Shown here: one piece after another, positions 39,084-46,994 of the stretch
Layout: each line of letters starts with the position of its first letter
How positions within the stretch are numbered: position 1 is the first letter of the stretch
Source of the DNA: an uncultured Candidatus Saccharibacteria bacterium
Lineage (GTDB): Bacteria > Patescibacteriota > Doudnabacteria > UBA920
Assembly: GCA_964512925.1 (NCBI GenBank)
Contig: CAZEKH010000003.1
Span: forward strand, 80,772 to 144,771
Direction of reading: 5' to 3'
DNA: 64,000 bases
Notes under the pieces: generated by a model
What the model was told of the DNA's origin: nothing
Seen by the model: only the letters and a program-made list of their open reading frames with translations
The model's database searches: none
Translations under genes and position numbers: made by a program

Positions 39084-39578
39084 CTATTTTTGTTTTTTAG
39101 GTAGCTTATAATTCCAAGGGCTAAAATCAGTTATGCTTTCAATTGCAATACCTGTTCCATTAGGTAGTGGCTCTATTTCGCTAGCACTTAATTCTTCAAG
39201 TTTTCCATCTTTCACAGCGTCTGAATATCTGCCGGTATCAAACACACAAGAAATATCCTTCATTATAAGAAATTTACCGAATAATCCCTCAACAGTTCCT
39301 ACAAAAAAATATCCAACTGTTCTGATAAAATAACTTTCCCCAACTTCAAAAGGTGTTTCGGTCAAATTATTTTCATCTTCCAAAACTAACTTTAACAATT
39401 TTGTTACTAATTTTTCGTTCATATTTTTTGCGTTTTGAAGTACGCTACTTATTTTAATTTTAGTAAAGAAACTTTTTATAATTTCCGTTATTGTACGCAA
39501 CCCATGGCGACCAGCCCTGAGCTTTAAATATCTCATAAGCAAAATCAACATTTTTTTGACAGTCCACCAGATCCACAA
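39084..39578 (-). CDS. hypothetical protein. The true start is probably near 39422 (MNEKLV...), because the 5' end overlaps the transglycosylase gene.
   Basis: ORF-track call. The overlap with the upstream gene in another frame suggests a later start. Confidence 0.3.
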   Translation of the reverse strand: MWIWWTVKKMLILLMRYLKLRAGRHGLRTITEIIKSFFTKIKISSVLQNAKNMNEKLVTKLLKLVLEDENNLTETPFEVGESYFIRTVGYFFVGTVEGLFGKFLIMKDISCVFDTGRYSDAVKDGKLEELSASEIEPLPNGTGIAIESITDFSPWNYKLPKKQK

Positions 39579-40047
39579 GCTTCCAGCCCTTTTTCATGTG
39601 TACAGAATTTATTTGGAAAACTCCTAGATCAATCGTGCCGTTGGTGTTAATTCCAAACCTATCGCATTGCATTGTTCCATTTTCTGCCCGGCTTACGGCC
39701 AGCGCCATTTTACAGTCGGGCCCAAACTTGTCGCATATGTATTGCTGTATTTCATTTAGGGGGCTATTAGCTTTAATTTCTTGAATTATTGTTTTTGATT
39801 CTGGTTTTTCCCGCTTGGTAATATATACCGGGGCATAAAACCCAATCCTTACTGGGTTTTGGAAAACCAATTTATTGTTTTCAAAAAACTGGTTAATTTT
39901 ATAAATCCCATAAAATCCAAGTCCTACAAGTACAACTAAACCAACTAAAACCAAATAATTTTTTGCGCGGGTTTTGGTTTTAGTTTTGCTTTCAATTTTC
40001 CGTTGAATGAAATCAGGTATTTTCGCGATGTTTTTGTTTTCTTGCAT
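39460..40047 (-). CDS. membrane-anchored lytic transglycosylase (SLT-like) domain protein
   Basis: N-terminal TM, then ALAVSRAENG...DLGVFQINS resembling the SLT family 1 E-S/N...GLMQI motif. Confidence 0.5.
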   Translation of the reverse strand: MQENKNIAKIPDFIQRKIESKTKTKTRAKNYLVLVGLVVLVGLGFYGIYKINQFFENNKLVFQNPVRIGFYAPVYITKREKPESKTIIQEIKANSPLNEIQQYICDKFGPDCKMALAVSRAENGTMQCDRFGINTNGTIDLGVFQINSVHMKKGWKLVDLVDCQKNVDFAYEIFKAQGWSPWVAYNNGNYKKFLY

Positions 40048-40070
40048 ATTTTTGTTTTTATTTTTTTAAT

Positions 40071-40487
40071 TTAAACTGGTAACATTTCGGCTTCCCTTGC
40101 CACTTCCCAGGCGTATTTAATTATTTCGCCTTTGTTATTTTTTATATGGTTATATTTAACTTCCTTTTTTTCAGGTTTAAAAAATTTTTCCAAATCCTCC
40201 AGCTTTGCGGTTGGTTTTCTTTTTTTGAAACCCTTTAACATTAATTCTTTTGCGTTTTTAGTTGACCGGCTAAAAACATTTCCAGACAACATTTTTTGAT
40301 TAGTTTCATACGGCTGGTGATAGTCATACGATTTTTCGCAAATTTCCTTGATACTTGGAAAAGCAATATAATTTGACCCTAGCCATATTCCATTTTGTTT
40401 GCCTTCCGTACTTGCCAGCATTATTTTTTCGACTTGCTCGTCAGTTATGTCATAAACCTTATTTTCATAGGTAATTATTTGTTTCAT
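40071..40487 (-). CDS. hypothetical protein
   Basis: 138-aa ORF. Confidence 0.3.
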   Translation of the reverse strand: MKQIITYENKVYDITDEQVEKIMLASTEGKQNGIWLGSNYIAFPSIKEICEKSYDYHQPYETNQKMLSGNVFSRSTKNAKELMLKGFKKRKPTAKLEDLEKFFKPEKKEVKYNHIKNNKGEIIKYAWEVAREAEMLPV

Positions 40488-41188
40488 ATTCTTACGGCGT
40501 TAGTTTGTTTTTTTTCCTGAAAGCCTCCGGCCCTTGAAAGCCAAGTTTCAAACCTCCTGCTGACCTCAAAAGTTTTTTCCGTTTCCCAGCGTTGCCTACT
40601 TCCGGATTTATTGGGTTCGGTCCAATAGCGAGTAAATTTTCTTATTTCTTCCGCTATGGCCTGTATATTAACATCGTACTTTTGCGAAAACATAACCCCA
40701 ACTTTCCTCCGCGTGTCTTCATCCTCAAAAAACTTTTTAGCAATTTCCTTGGGCGTGGGCGGCGAAAAGCCGCCACTCTCTAGACTAACCTTATCTAACC
40801 TAACCTTACCTATACTGCGTGACGGTTCCGTCGACGAGCCGTCGACGGCATCGGTGTATGATCCGTTTTCTTTGATTGTTAAGGTATTTTTTTCTTGAAA
40901 ATACTTTGTCGGCTCGTATGTGTCTTTCCGGATGTAGTTATGTATCAGCCAATGCTTAATTACACAGATTCCGGACTCAAAAGGCAATATAAATCTTTTA
41001 GCACAAAGTATTTTAAAATCATCGTCAGTAGATCCCAAAAGCCTCATTATTTTTTTGGGTGAAGATACAAAACCGTCATCGTCGGCTTCCATATTCAGGT
41101 GAAAATATAACAGCTGGGTACTGGCCGGCATATCGAGAAATGCGTCGGTGCTAATTACCAGCCTTGAGAACATTCTCTTTTGTGCCAT
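40484..41188 (-). CDS. putative phage replication/replisome-organizer protein
   Basis: Assigned by position next to recT, and by a winged-helix-like N-terminus. Weak. Confidence 0.3.
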   Translation of the reverse strand: MAQKRMFSRLVISTDAFLDMPASTQLLYFHLNMEADDDGFVSSPKKIMRLLGSTDDDFKILCAKRFILPFESGICVIKHWLIHNYIRKDTYEPTKYFQEKNTLTIKENGSYTDAVDGSSTEPSRSIGKVRLDKVSLESGGFSPPTPKEIAKKFFEDEDTRRKVGVMFSQKYDVNIQAIAEEIRKFTRYWTEPNKSGSRQRWETEKTFEVSRRFETWLSRAGGFQEKKQTNAVRI

Positions 41189-42065
41189 TTTTATTTTTAG
41201 TTAATTCTTCTAACTTTTTCAGATAAATTGGCTTGATTATTTGCCAATCATAATCAGATATCTTTTTCTCTTTTTTAGCCTCGTTTATTCCAGAGCCTAA
41301 AAATGACAATTCTTCTTTGGTAAAACAAACCTCAATTTCGCCCTTTATTTTTTCTCCCAAAACTGTCATTTTCTGCTCTACTGGTTTTTGCTCAACTTTT
41401 TGAGTAATCTCTGCCGGCGCTGTTACTGTCTTTGTAACTTCCGCTGCCTCAACAAAACCTTTATCCGCTTGTTGCATTTCCTCGTGGGTATATAACCCGC
41501 TTAAATCGTTTGGAAAAGCTTTGCGTAAAGCCAATGCCTCGGCACATTTTCCAAGCATTAAATGTGGCATTTTATTCCACATAAATCCTTGTTTTTCCCC
41601 GGGATAGTATTGCTCCCAGCGTGCGGTTGCCGTAAATGGGCATCTAACTCCTTGAACAATTTTATAAACTGTAACCGTTGCTTTTTTTGGCATCTTTTCG
41701 TTGTCAAAAGTTGGATCGTCATTCCCGGCATATGATCCTGTCCTTTCGGCAATTGTCCTAAAACCGTCAATCCCAACTTGGTGCGTTCCAACTTCGTCAT
41801 AGCCGTTTGTTTGTTTATTCCAAACTTTTCGCTTAACAAAATGAATTTGTTTAGTAAAAGGATCTAATCCGGTTTTGTTCGCAACAACCATAAACAATTT
41901 AAGCTCATCATTTGTTGCTCCTTTTGCTACGGTGTTTTTTATTAATTCAATCTGTTCTTGGTTGTATGGTTTGACAGCCTGTGAAGATTGAAGTATAATT
42001 TGCTTAGAGTTTTTACTTTCAGACGCCGTTTCCGCGGTGTCTTTTTTATTATTTTGATCGGTCAT
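41151..42065 (-). CDS. recT: RecT-family single-strand annealing recombinase
   Basis: GLDPFTKQIHFV...GIDGFRTIAERTG...LGKCAEALALRKAFP matches conserved RecT blocks. Confidence 0.8.
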   Translation of the reverse strand: MTDQNNKKDTAETASESKNSKQIILQSSQAVKPYNQEQIELIKNTVAKGATNDELKLFMVVANKTGLDPFTKQIHFVKRKVWNKQTNGYDEVGTHQVGIDGFRTIAERTGSYAGNDDPTFDNEKMPKKATVTVYKIVQGVRCPFTATARWEQYYPGEKQGFMWNKMPHLMLGKCAEALALRKAFPNDLSGLYTHEEMQQADKGFVEAAEVTKTVTAPAEITQKVEQKPVEQKMTVLGEKIKGEIEVCFTKEELSFLGSGINEAKKEKKISDYDWQIIKPIYLKKLEELTKNKNGTKENVLKAGN

Positions 42066-42385
42066 TATTTTAAAATCTTAAAAATAAATTGGCTGGTTAC
42101 ATCCTGCTTGCATACAGAGCTTTTATACTCCGCTACACAAGTTACATAGCTTAGAGCCCAAAGCGCTAACCAAAATACGCTAAAGCCTATCAAACCCGCA
42201 AGGGTTTTTTTAATTATTTGCATACCGTTCGACCTTTCGCCCGCCGGTAAATACTGCGGGAAACTACTGTTATATTTATTTACCCTTATGTACTTAGTCA
42301 TATTTTTGTCCCTTTCCTTTTTTAATTTTTGTTTTTCCCTCCGGTTAAGCGGGGGTCTCGAGCCTTTAAACCCGCCTAACCGCAA
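42065..42385 (-). CDS. small basic membrane protein, hypothetical (first gene inside attR)
   Basis: One clear TM segment LAGLIGFSVFWLALWALSYV. It overlaps the GC-rich structured region. Confidence 0.3.
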   Translation of the reverse strand: MRLGGFKGSRPPLNRREKQKLKKERDKNMTKYIRVNKYNSSFPQYLPAGERSNGMQIIKKTLAGLIGFSVFWLALWALSYVTCVAEYKSSVCKQDVTSQFIFKILK

Positions 42386-42541
42386 GGGGTTAGCTTTTTA
42401 ACTTGCACCCCGTCCGCGGGAAACAAAGACTCCGCGGGGGTCCCGGACTAGTCGGTTTCAGGGCGCAAATAAAAAAGCTAACCATTGCTGGTTAGCTTTA
42501 AAATTGTACCTATTGCCTAATTTTGCCCAAAAGCGGGGTTA

Positions 42542-43111
42542 TTACCGCTTCGCCCACTGTGGGGATCTACGGGCACGTTTTAAACCTGGTTTCTTTCTTT
42601 CTTTTTTACGGTCATCGCGGGTTAATAGTCCGTTCTTTTTTAACACTTTTCTGACTTCTTCGGAAAGTTTAGACAAAGCTATGGAAATACCGTGCCTTAA
42701 AGCCTGCGCCTGGGAGTGAAGTCCCCCGCCGTTGACTGTGGCAGTGAAATAAAAATTTGGCCTCTGTCCGGTAACATCAAAAGGCTTTAAAGCCACATCC
42801 ACAAACTGAGCAAAAGAAAAATATTTTTCCAAAGGCTTTTTGTTAACCAAGCTGTCGCCTTTTCCGGAAAACATCCGGACATTGGCTACAGAAGTTTTTC
42901 TTCTGCCGGTTGCGAATATGTATCGTCCGTCTTCAATCGGGGCAATATCAAAAATTTCCATCTTAGGCGCTGCAGCTTGAGACTGCGCGGGTAAAATTTC
43001 AGCTGCTGGATGAGAAGCTGGATGGTGCGTTGCTGTTTTTTTTGCCTTGGCGGCTTTAGGCTTGGCTGAGTGGGCCGCTGGCTTTTTGGCTGCTGGTTTT
43101 TCGTTTACCAT
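42542..43111 (-). CDS. rpsI: 30S ribosomal protein S9 with Ala/Lys/Pro-rich N-terminal extension. The 3' end is reconstituted by the prophage.
   Basis: C-terminus ...GGGLHSQAQALRHGISIALS...KKPGLKRARRSPQWAKR. Confidence 0.9.
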   Translation of the reverse strand: MVNEKPAAKKPAAHSAKPKAAKAKKTATHHPASHPAAEILPAQSQAAAPKMEIFDIAPIEDGRYIFATGRRKTSVANVRMFSGKGDSLVNKKPLEKYFSFAQFVDVALKPFDVTGQRPNFYFTATVNGGGLHSQAQALRHGISIALSKLSEEVRKVLKKNGLLTRDDRKKERKKPGLKRARRSPQWAKR

Positions 43112-43524
43112 ACTTTATCAATTTTAAAATTATGAGTTTTTCCTTTTACGGATTTAAGTCTGAGTAGCATAGCTTTTCTAAAAGAAACTTCATCAAGCAT
43201 ACTATTTACAGCGGCGCGTAAAACTTTTTCCGGAGATTTTTCCAAACGAAGTTTTAGTGATTCGGACTTAATGCCTCCCAAATACCCGGAATGCCTGTAA
43301 TATTGCTTTTGGTCAATTTTTCGGCCGGTCAGAACAAGTTTATCAATATTTACAGCAACAACAAAATCACCCATATCCATATGCGGCGTAAAATCCCGCT
43401 TGCCTTTGCCTCTGAGCAAATTGGCTATTTGGGTAGCCACTCTGCCTAAAGAATTTTTTGACACATCAATTTCGTGCCAAACTCTTTTAACATTTTTTGC
43501 TAATGTAATCTTTTGAGATTTCAT
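43105..43524 (-). CDS. rplM: 50S ribosomal protein L13
   Basis: MKSQKITLAKNVKRVWHEIDV...FVVAVNIDKLVLTG. Confidence 0.9.
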   Translation of the reverse strand: MKSQKITLAKNVKRVWHEIDVSKNSLGRVATQIANLLRGKGKRDFTPHMDMGDFVVAVNIDKLVLTGRKIDQKQYYRHSGYLGGIKSESLKLRLEKSPEKVLRAAVNSMLDEVSFRKAMLLRLKSVKGKTHNFKIDKVW

Positions 43525-43529
43525 GGAAA

Positions 43530-43871
43530 TTATAGTAATTCTAATCTTACTTGGGACGCTCCAGCTTTGGGGTCGTTTAGCTTGGTTAAACGGACATATC
43601 CGCCTTTTCTTTCTTTGTATTTAGGACCGAGAACTTCAGCCGCTTTTTTTGCCGCCATAGCTGTCAAGCTCGAGATCAGCTGCCTGCGGGAATGCAGGGT
43701 GCCTTCTTTGGCCTTTGTAATAAGTTTTTCAGCATGACTTTTAAGCGCTCTCCCGTTTGCGTAAGAAGTTTTGATAGTTTCGTATAAAAACAAGGAAGAT
43801 GCCAAAGTTCTGAGCAATTTACGTCTGTGATCATTGCCTTTGCCGATTTTTTTCTTTTTTAAATGCCGCAT
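43530..43871 (-). CDS. rplQ: 50S ribosomal protein L17
   Basis: MRHLKKKKIGKGNDHRRKLLRTLASSL...GGYVRLTKL. Confidence 0.85.
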   Translation of the reverse strand: MRHLKKKKIGKGNDHRRKLLRTLASSLFLYETIKTSYANGRALKSHAEKLITKAKEGTLHSRRQLISSLTAMAAKKAAEVLGPKYKERKGGYVRLTKLNDPKAGASQVRLELL

Positions 43872-43923
43872 ATACTTGTGCCGCTTATTTGGTTAATGCT
43901 TGAAAATAAATATATCAAAATGC

Positions 43924-44874
43924 TTAACGTTGCAGGAATTCCAAAATTTCATTGATAGTTTTGTCTCCCAAACCGGAAAGGTTTGAGATGTCTTCGGAGC
44001 TTAAAGCTTTTAATTCCGCAAAACTGGTAATGTGGTTTTTTAACAAAGCGTTTTTTGCCCTGGTAGACAAAGCTGAAGTGGAAATTTCATTTTCGGACTC
44101 AACTTCATTTTTCTGCATTTCAGTCTCATCTTGAACCACAGCTTCAGACTGCTCTGGCACAACAACCTTAGCGCTTTCAGCATCAATAAAACTGCTGTTA
44201 AAAAGCATTGAAAAATGGTCCACCAAAATATGCGAAGCAATATCTATGACTTCTTCGCCGGCAATGCTTCCGTCAGTCTCCATAAATAAATCCAGTTTGT
44301 CAAAGTTTGTAAACTGACCGACACGCACGTTTGAAACGTCAAAATGCACGGATTTAACTGGAGTATAGATAGCGTCTAAGGCAATCATACCGCTTTCCAG
44401 GTGGTGGTTGTCGCGGGCTTCCACAGGCACATATCCCCTGCCTTGCTGAACAATGATTTCCATTTCCAAATCGGAATTTTTGTTATCCAAAGTTGCGATA
44501 TGCAAGTCTTTGTTGACAATTTCAACCTGGTCGGTTTCCTTAAAACTGGCAGCTGTAACTGTTTTCTCTCCCTTTTCTTTTAAAGATATTCTGACCGGCT
44601 CAGCGCTGTGGCATTTTAACCTCAGCTGTTTCAAATTCAAAATAATCTGTATTACATCTTCCTTTACGTTCGGTATGGTGGAAAATTCGTGATCCGCAAA
44701 TTTTATTTTTACGGCAGTGACAGCCGCCCCCGGCATTGAAGACAAAAGCACGCGCCGCAAAGAATTTCCTATAGTAATTCCATAACCCGGGTACAGGGGT
44801 TCTAAAACCATACTATATTTGTTATTTCCCAAGCTTGATACTCGGGCCTTGTTAGGCAACGGAATAGCTTCCAT
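43924..44874 (-). CDS. rpoA: DNA-directed RNA polymerase alpha subunit
   Basis: GYGITIGNSLRRVLLSSMPGAAVTAVKI N-terminal domain. C-terminal domain with ...LKNHITSFAELKALSSEDISNLSGLG. Confidence 0.9.
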   Translation of the reverse strand: MEAIPLPNKARVSSLGNNKYSMVLEPLYPGYGITIGNSLRRVLLSSMPGAAVTAVKIKFADHEFSTIPNVKEDVIQIILNLKQLRLKCHSAEPVRISLKEKGEKTVTAASFKETDQVEIVNKDLHIATLDNKNSDLEMEIIVQQGRGYVPVEARDNHHLESGMIALDAIYTPVKSVHFDVSNVRVGQFTNFDKLDLFMETDGSIAGEEVIDIASHILVDHFSMLFNSSFIDAESAKVVVPEQSEAVVQDETEMQKNEVESENEISTSALSTRAKNALLKNHITSFAELKALSSEDISNLSGLGDKTINEILEFLQR

Positions 44875-44961
44875 AAAAATTACCTCCGGATAACTTATAG
44901 CGGGTTTTAACCGCTAAAGATTAATAAATTAAGTTAAAAATGCTTATAAATTTGAAAAACT

Positions 44962-45570
44962 TTATGTGCGGCTGTAGTGCTCGACAATCAGCTGGGTGTT
45001 GATCAAATTTCCAATCATTTCCGGCGTGGGGTTTGTCAAAATTTTGGCAGAAAGTTTAGCCGGGTCTACTGAAAGCCATTCTTGAGATTTAAATGACTTA
45101 ATTTTTTCTTTTAACTTGCCGATATAAGCGGATTTAGTTTTCTGTTCACGAATGGAGAACACATCTCCCACTCTGGCGTTGTAAGAAGGGATGTCTGTTT
45201 TTTTACCATTTATTTCCAAAAATCCATGGCTGACCAGTTGTCTTGCCTGCATACGGCTTTCTGCAAAACCTGCTCTAAAAACCAAATTATCAAGCCTCAT
45301 TTCTAAAAGATTGAGCAGATGGTCTCCAGTGATACCCGGTTTTTTTAAGGCTTTTTTGAAAGAATTCTCAAACTGTTTTTCAGTCAAACCATAAAGTATC
45401 TTGGCCTTTTGCTTTTCACGGAGCTGGATTCCATATTCAGACAAACGGGCGCGGTTTTGACCGTGCTGCCCTGGAGCATAGCTGCGCTTCTGGAGGATTT
45501 TTGCGTCTTTGTTGGTGAAAGCCATACCTAGACGTCTGGCTTTTTTTGCTTTGGGACCTGTATATCTCAT
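44962..45570 (-). CDS. rpsD: 30S ribosomal protein S4
   Basis: MRYTGPKAKKARRLG... and an S4 domain. Confidence 0.9.
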   Translation of the reverse strand: MRYTGPKAKKARRLGMAFTNKDAKILQKRSYAPGQHGQNRARLSEYGIQLREKQKAKILYGLTEKQFENSFKKALKKPGITGDHLLNLLEMRLDNLVFRAGFAESRMQARQLVSHGFLEINGKKTDIPSYNARVGDVFSIREQKTKSAYIGKLKEKIKSFKSQEWLSVDPAKLSAKILTNPTPEMIGNLINTQLIVEHYSRT

Positions 45571-45606
45571 TTTTAAAATAAAAATTGAATAGTAAAAATA
45601 TAAATA

Positions 45607-46053
45607 TTATACTCTTCTGGGTTTTTTCTGCCTGACACCGCCGTGTGCTGTTGGGGTTTTATCCTGGATGGTCAAAACATTGAGTCCAGATCCTTGCAAG
45701 GCTCTGATAGCCGACTCGCGGCCGCTGCCCACGCCTTTGATTAAAACATCAACCTCTTGCAAGCCTCTTTCTTTCAGTCTAAACAAAGTATCTTCCATAG
45801 TTCTCTGGCCAGCGTAAGGGGTGGATTTTTTTGAACCTTTAAAGCCGATTTTTCCGGCGCTTGCCCATAAAATAACATTCCCCGCCTGGTCGGTGGCAGA
45901 AATGATGGTATTGTTATAAGTGGAATTTATATAAATTTTTCCGCGGGTAACTTTGGCTTTGGCCTTTTTTTTCTTAGACTTGATTTTTGCCTCTGCTAAC
46001 AGCGGAGCTTCTTCCTGCTTATCTGTATTTGTTGTAGATATTTCTTCTGCCAT
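45607..46053 (-). CDS. rpsK: 30S ribosomal protein S11
   Basis: ...AHGGVRQKKPRRV C-terminus. Conserved core. Confidence 0.9.
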   Translation of the reverse strand: MAEEISTTNTDKQEEAPLLAEAKIKSKKKKAKAKVTRGKIYINSTYNNTIISATDQAGNVILWASAGKIGFKGSKKSTPYAGQRTMEDTLFRLKERGLQEVDVLIKGVGSGRESAIRALQGSGLNVLTIQDKTPTAHGGVRQKKPRRV

Positions 46054-46094
46054 ATTCTCAATAATTTCAAAATAATAATTGTCAATTTTGTGGT

Positions 46095-46487
46095 TTAGGT
46101 CTTGTCAGCGGAATTCTTTCTACCGCTACCTGCTGTTTTTCTCACATTTCCGCGTCTGGTTCTGGAATTCGTCTTAGTTCTCTGACCTCTGACGGGAAGA
46201 CCGCGTATATGCCGGATACCCCTGTAAGCGCCCATTTCTTTTAGTCTTTTGATGTTTAGCAACACCTGCTGCCTGAGTTCGCCCTCAACCTTGATGCCAT
46301 TTTTATCAATATGATCGCGGATCATATTGATTTCCACTTCTGTCAAATCTTTGGTTCTTTTATCTGGGTTGATTTTGGTAGCAGCCAATATTTTTTTTGT
46401 CATACTCAAACCGATGCCATACACAAAAGGCAAAGCTGCTTCTATTCTTTTTTCGTTTGGAATATTTATTCCTGCTATACGAGCCAT
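46095..46487 (-). CDS. rpsM: 30S ribosomal protein S13
   Basis: [26 protein letters not shown]. Confidence 0.9.
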   Translation of the reverse strand: MARIAGINIPNEKRIEAALPFVYGIGLSMTKKILAATKINPDKRTKDLTEVEINMIRDHIDKNGIKVEGELRQQVLLNIKRLKEMGAYRGIRHIRGLPVRGQRTKTNSRTRRGNVRKTAGSGRKNSADKT

Positions 46488-46520
46488 TTTATAAAAAATT
46501 AATTAGTTGGATTAGAAAAA

Positions 46521-46634
46521 TTACCCTTGCCTTTGTTTATGCTTGGGTGTTTGACAAATAACATATATCCTTCCAAATCTTCGGACTATCTTACAATTCT
46601 TACATCTGGGTTTGACACTGGCTTTAACTTTCAT
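46521..46634 (-). CDS. rpmJ: 50S ribosomal protein L36 (37 aa), untracked
   Basis: Manual translation gives [37 protein letters not shown]. Confidence 0.8.
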   Translation of the reverse strand: MKVKASVKPRCKNCKIVRRFGRIYVICQTPKHKQRQG

Positions 46635-46890
46635 TTGCTTTTAGTCTCCTTACTATTCTGCCCTTGGTTAAATCATAGGGCGTCATTTGAATTATAACTC
46701 TATCACCTGGCAAAACTTTGATGAAATTTACTCTCATTTTTCCGGCCAAGTGTCCTATCACAGTCTGACCGTTATCCAACTGGACGCGAAAAATAGCATT
46801 AGGCAAATTTTCAGTTACTTTGCCCTGCAATTCAATAATGTCTTTGTTGTGGTTTCCGGTCGACCCGAGATCTTGATGGCTGGGATTCAA
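46624..46890 (-). CDS. infA: translation initiation factor IF-1. The annotated N-terminus is probably too long.
   Basis: ...[31 protein letters not shown]...IVRRL (S1-like OB fold). Confidence 0.85.
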   Translation of the reverse strand: MNPSHQDLGSTGNHNKDIIELQGKVTENLPNAIFRVQLDNGQTVIGHLAGKMRVNFIKVLPGDRVIIQMTPYDLTKGRIVRRLKANES

Positions 46891-46994
46891 ATTGATTAAG
46901 ATTTACGCTTAATTTAAATTATTTTACCAGAAAAGAAAAAAAAGTCAAATATTTTAAAATAAATAATATATTTTGTTTTATTTAAGCCAAAAAA

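Larger units (their letters stand above)
11101..42559 (-). mobile_element. integrated temperate siphovirus-like prophage of about 31.4 kb. attL is at 11101-11112 and attR at 42548-42559, with core 'cttcgcccactg'.
   Basis: Identical 12-bp direct repeats flank a block containing tyrosine integrase, lysis genes, tail fiber, tape measure, major tail, HK97-like capsid and protease, portal-MuF fusion, TerL/TerS, HNH, ParB-like, RusA, DnaQ-like exonuclease and RecT. Both repeats encode the last residues (QWAKR*) of ribosomal protein S9. Confidence 0.7.
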
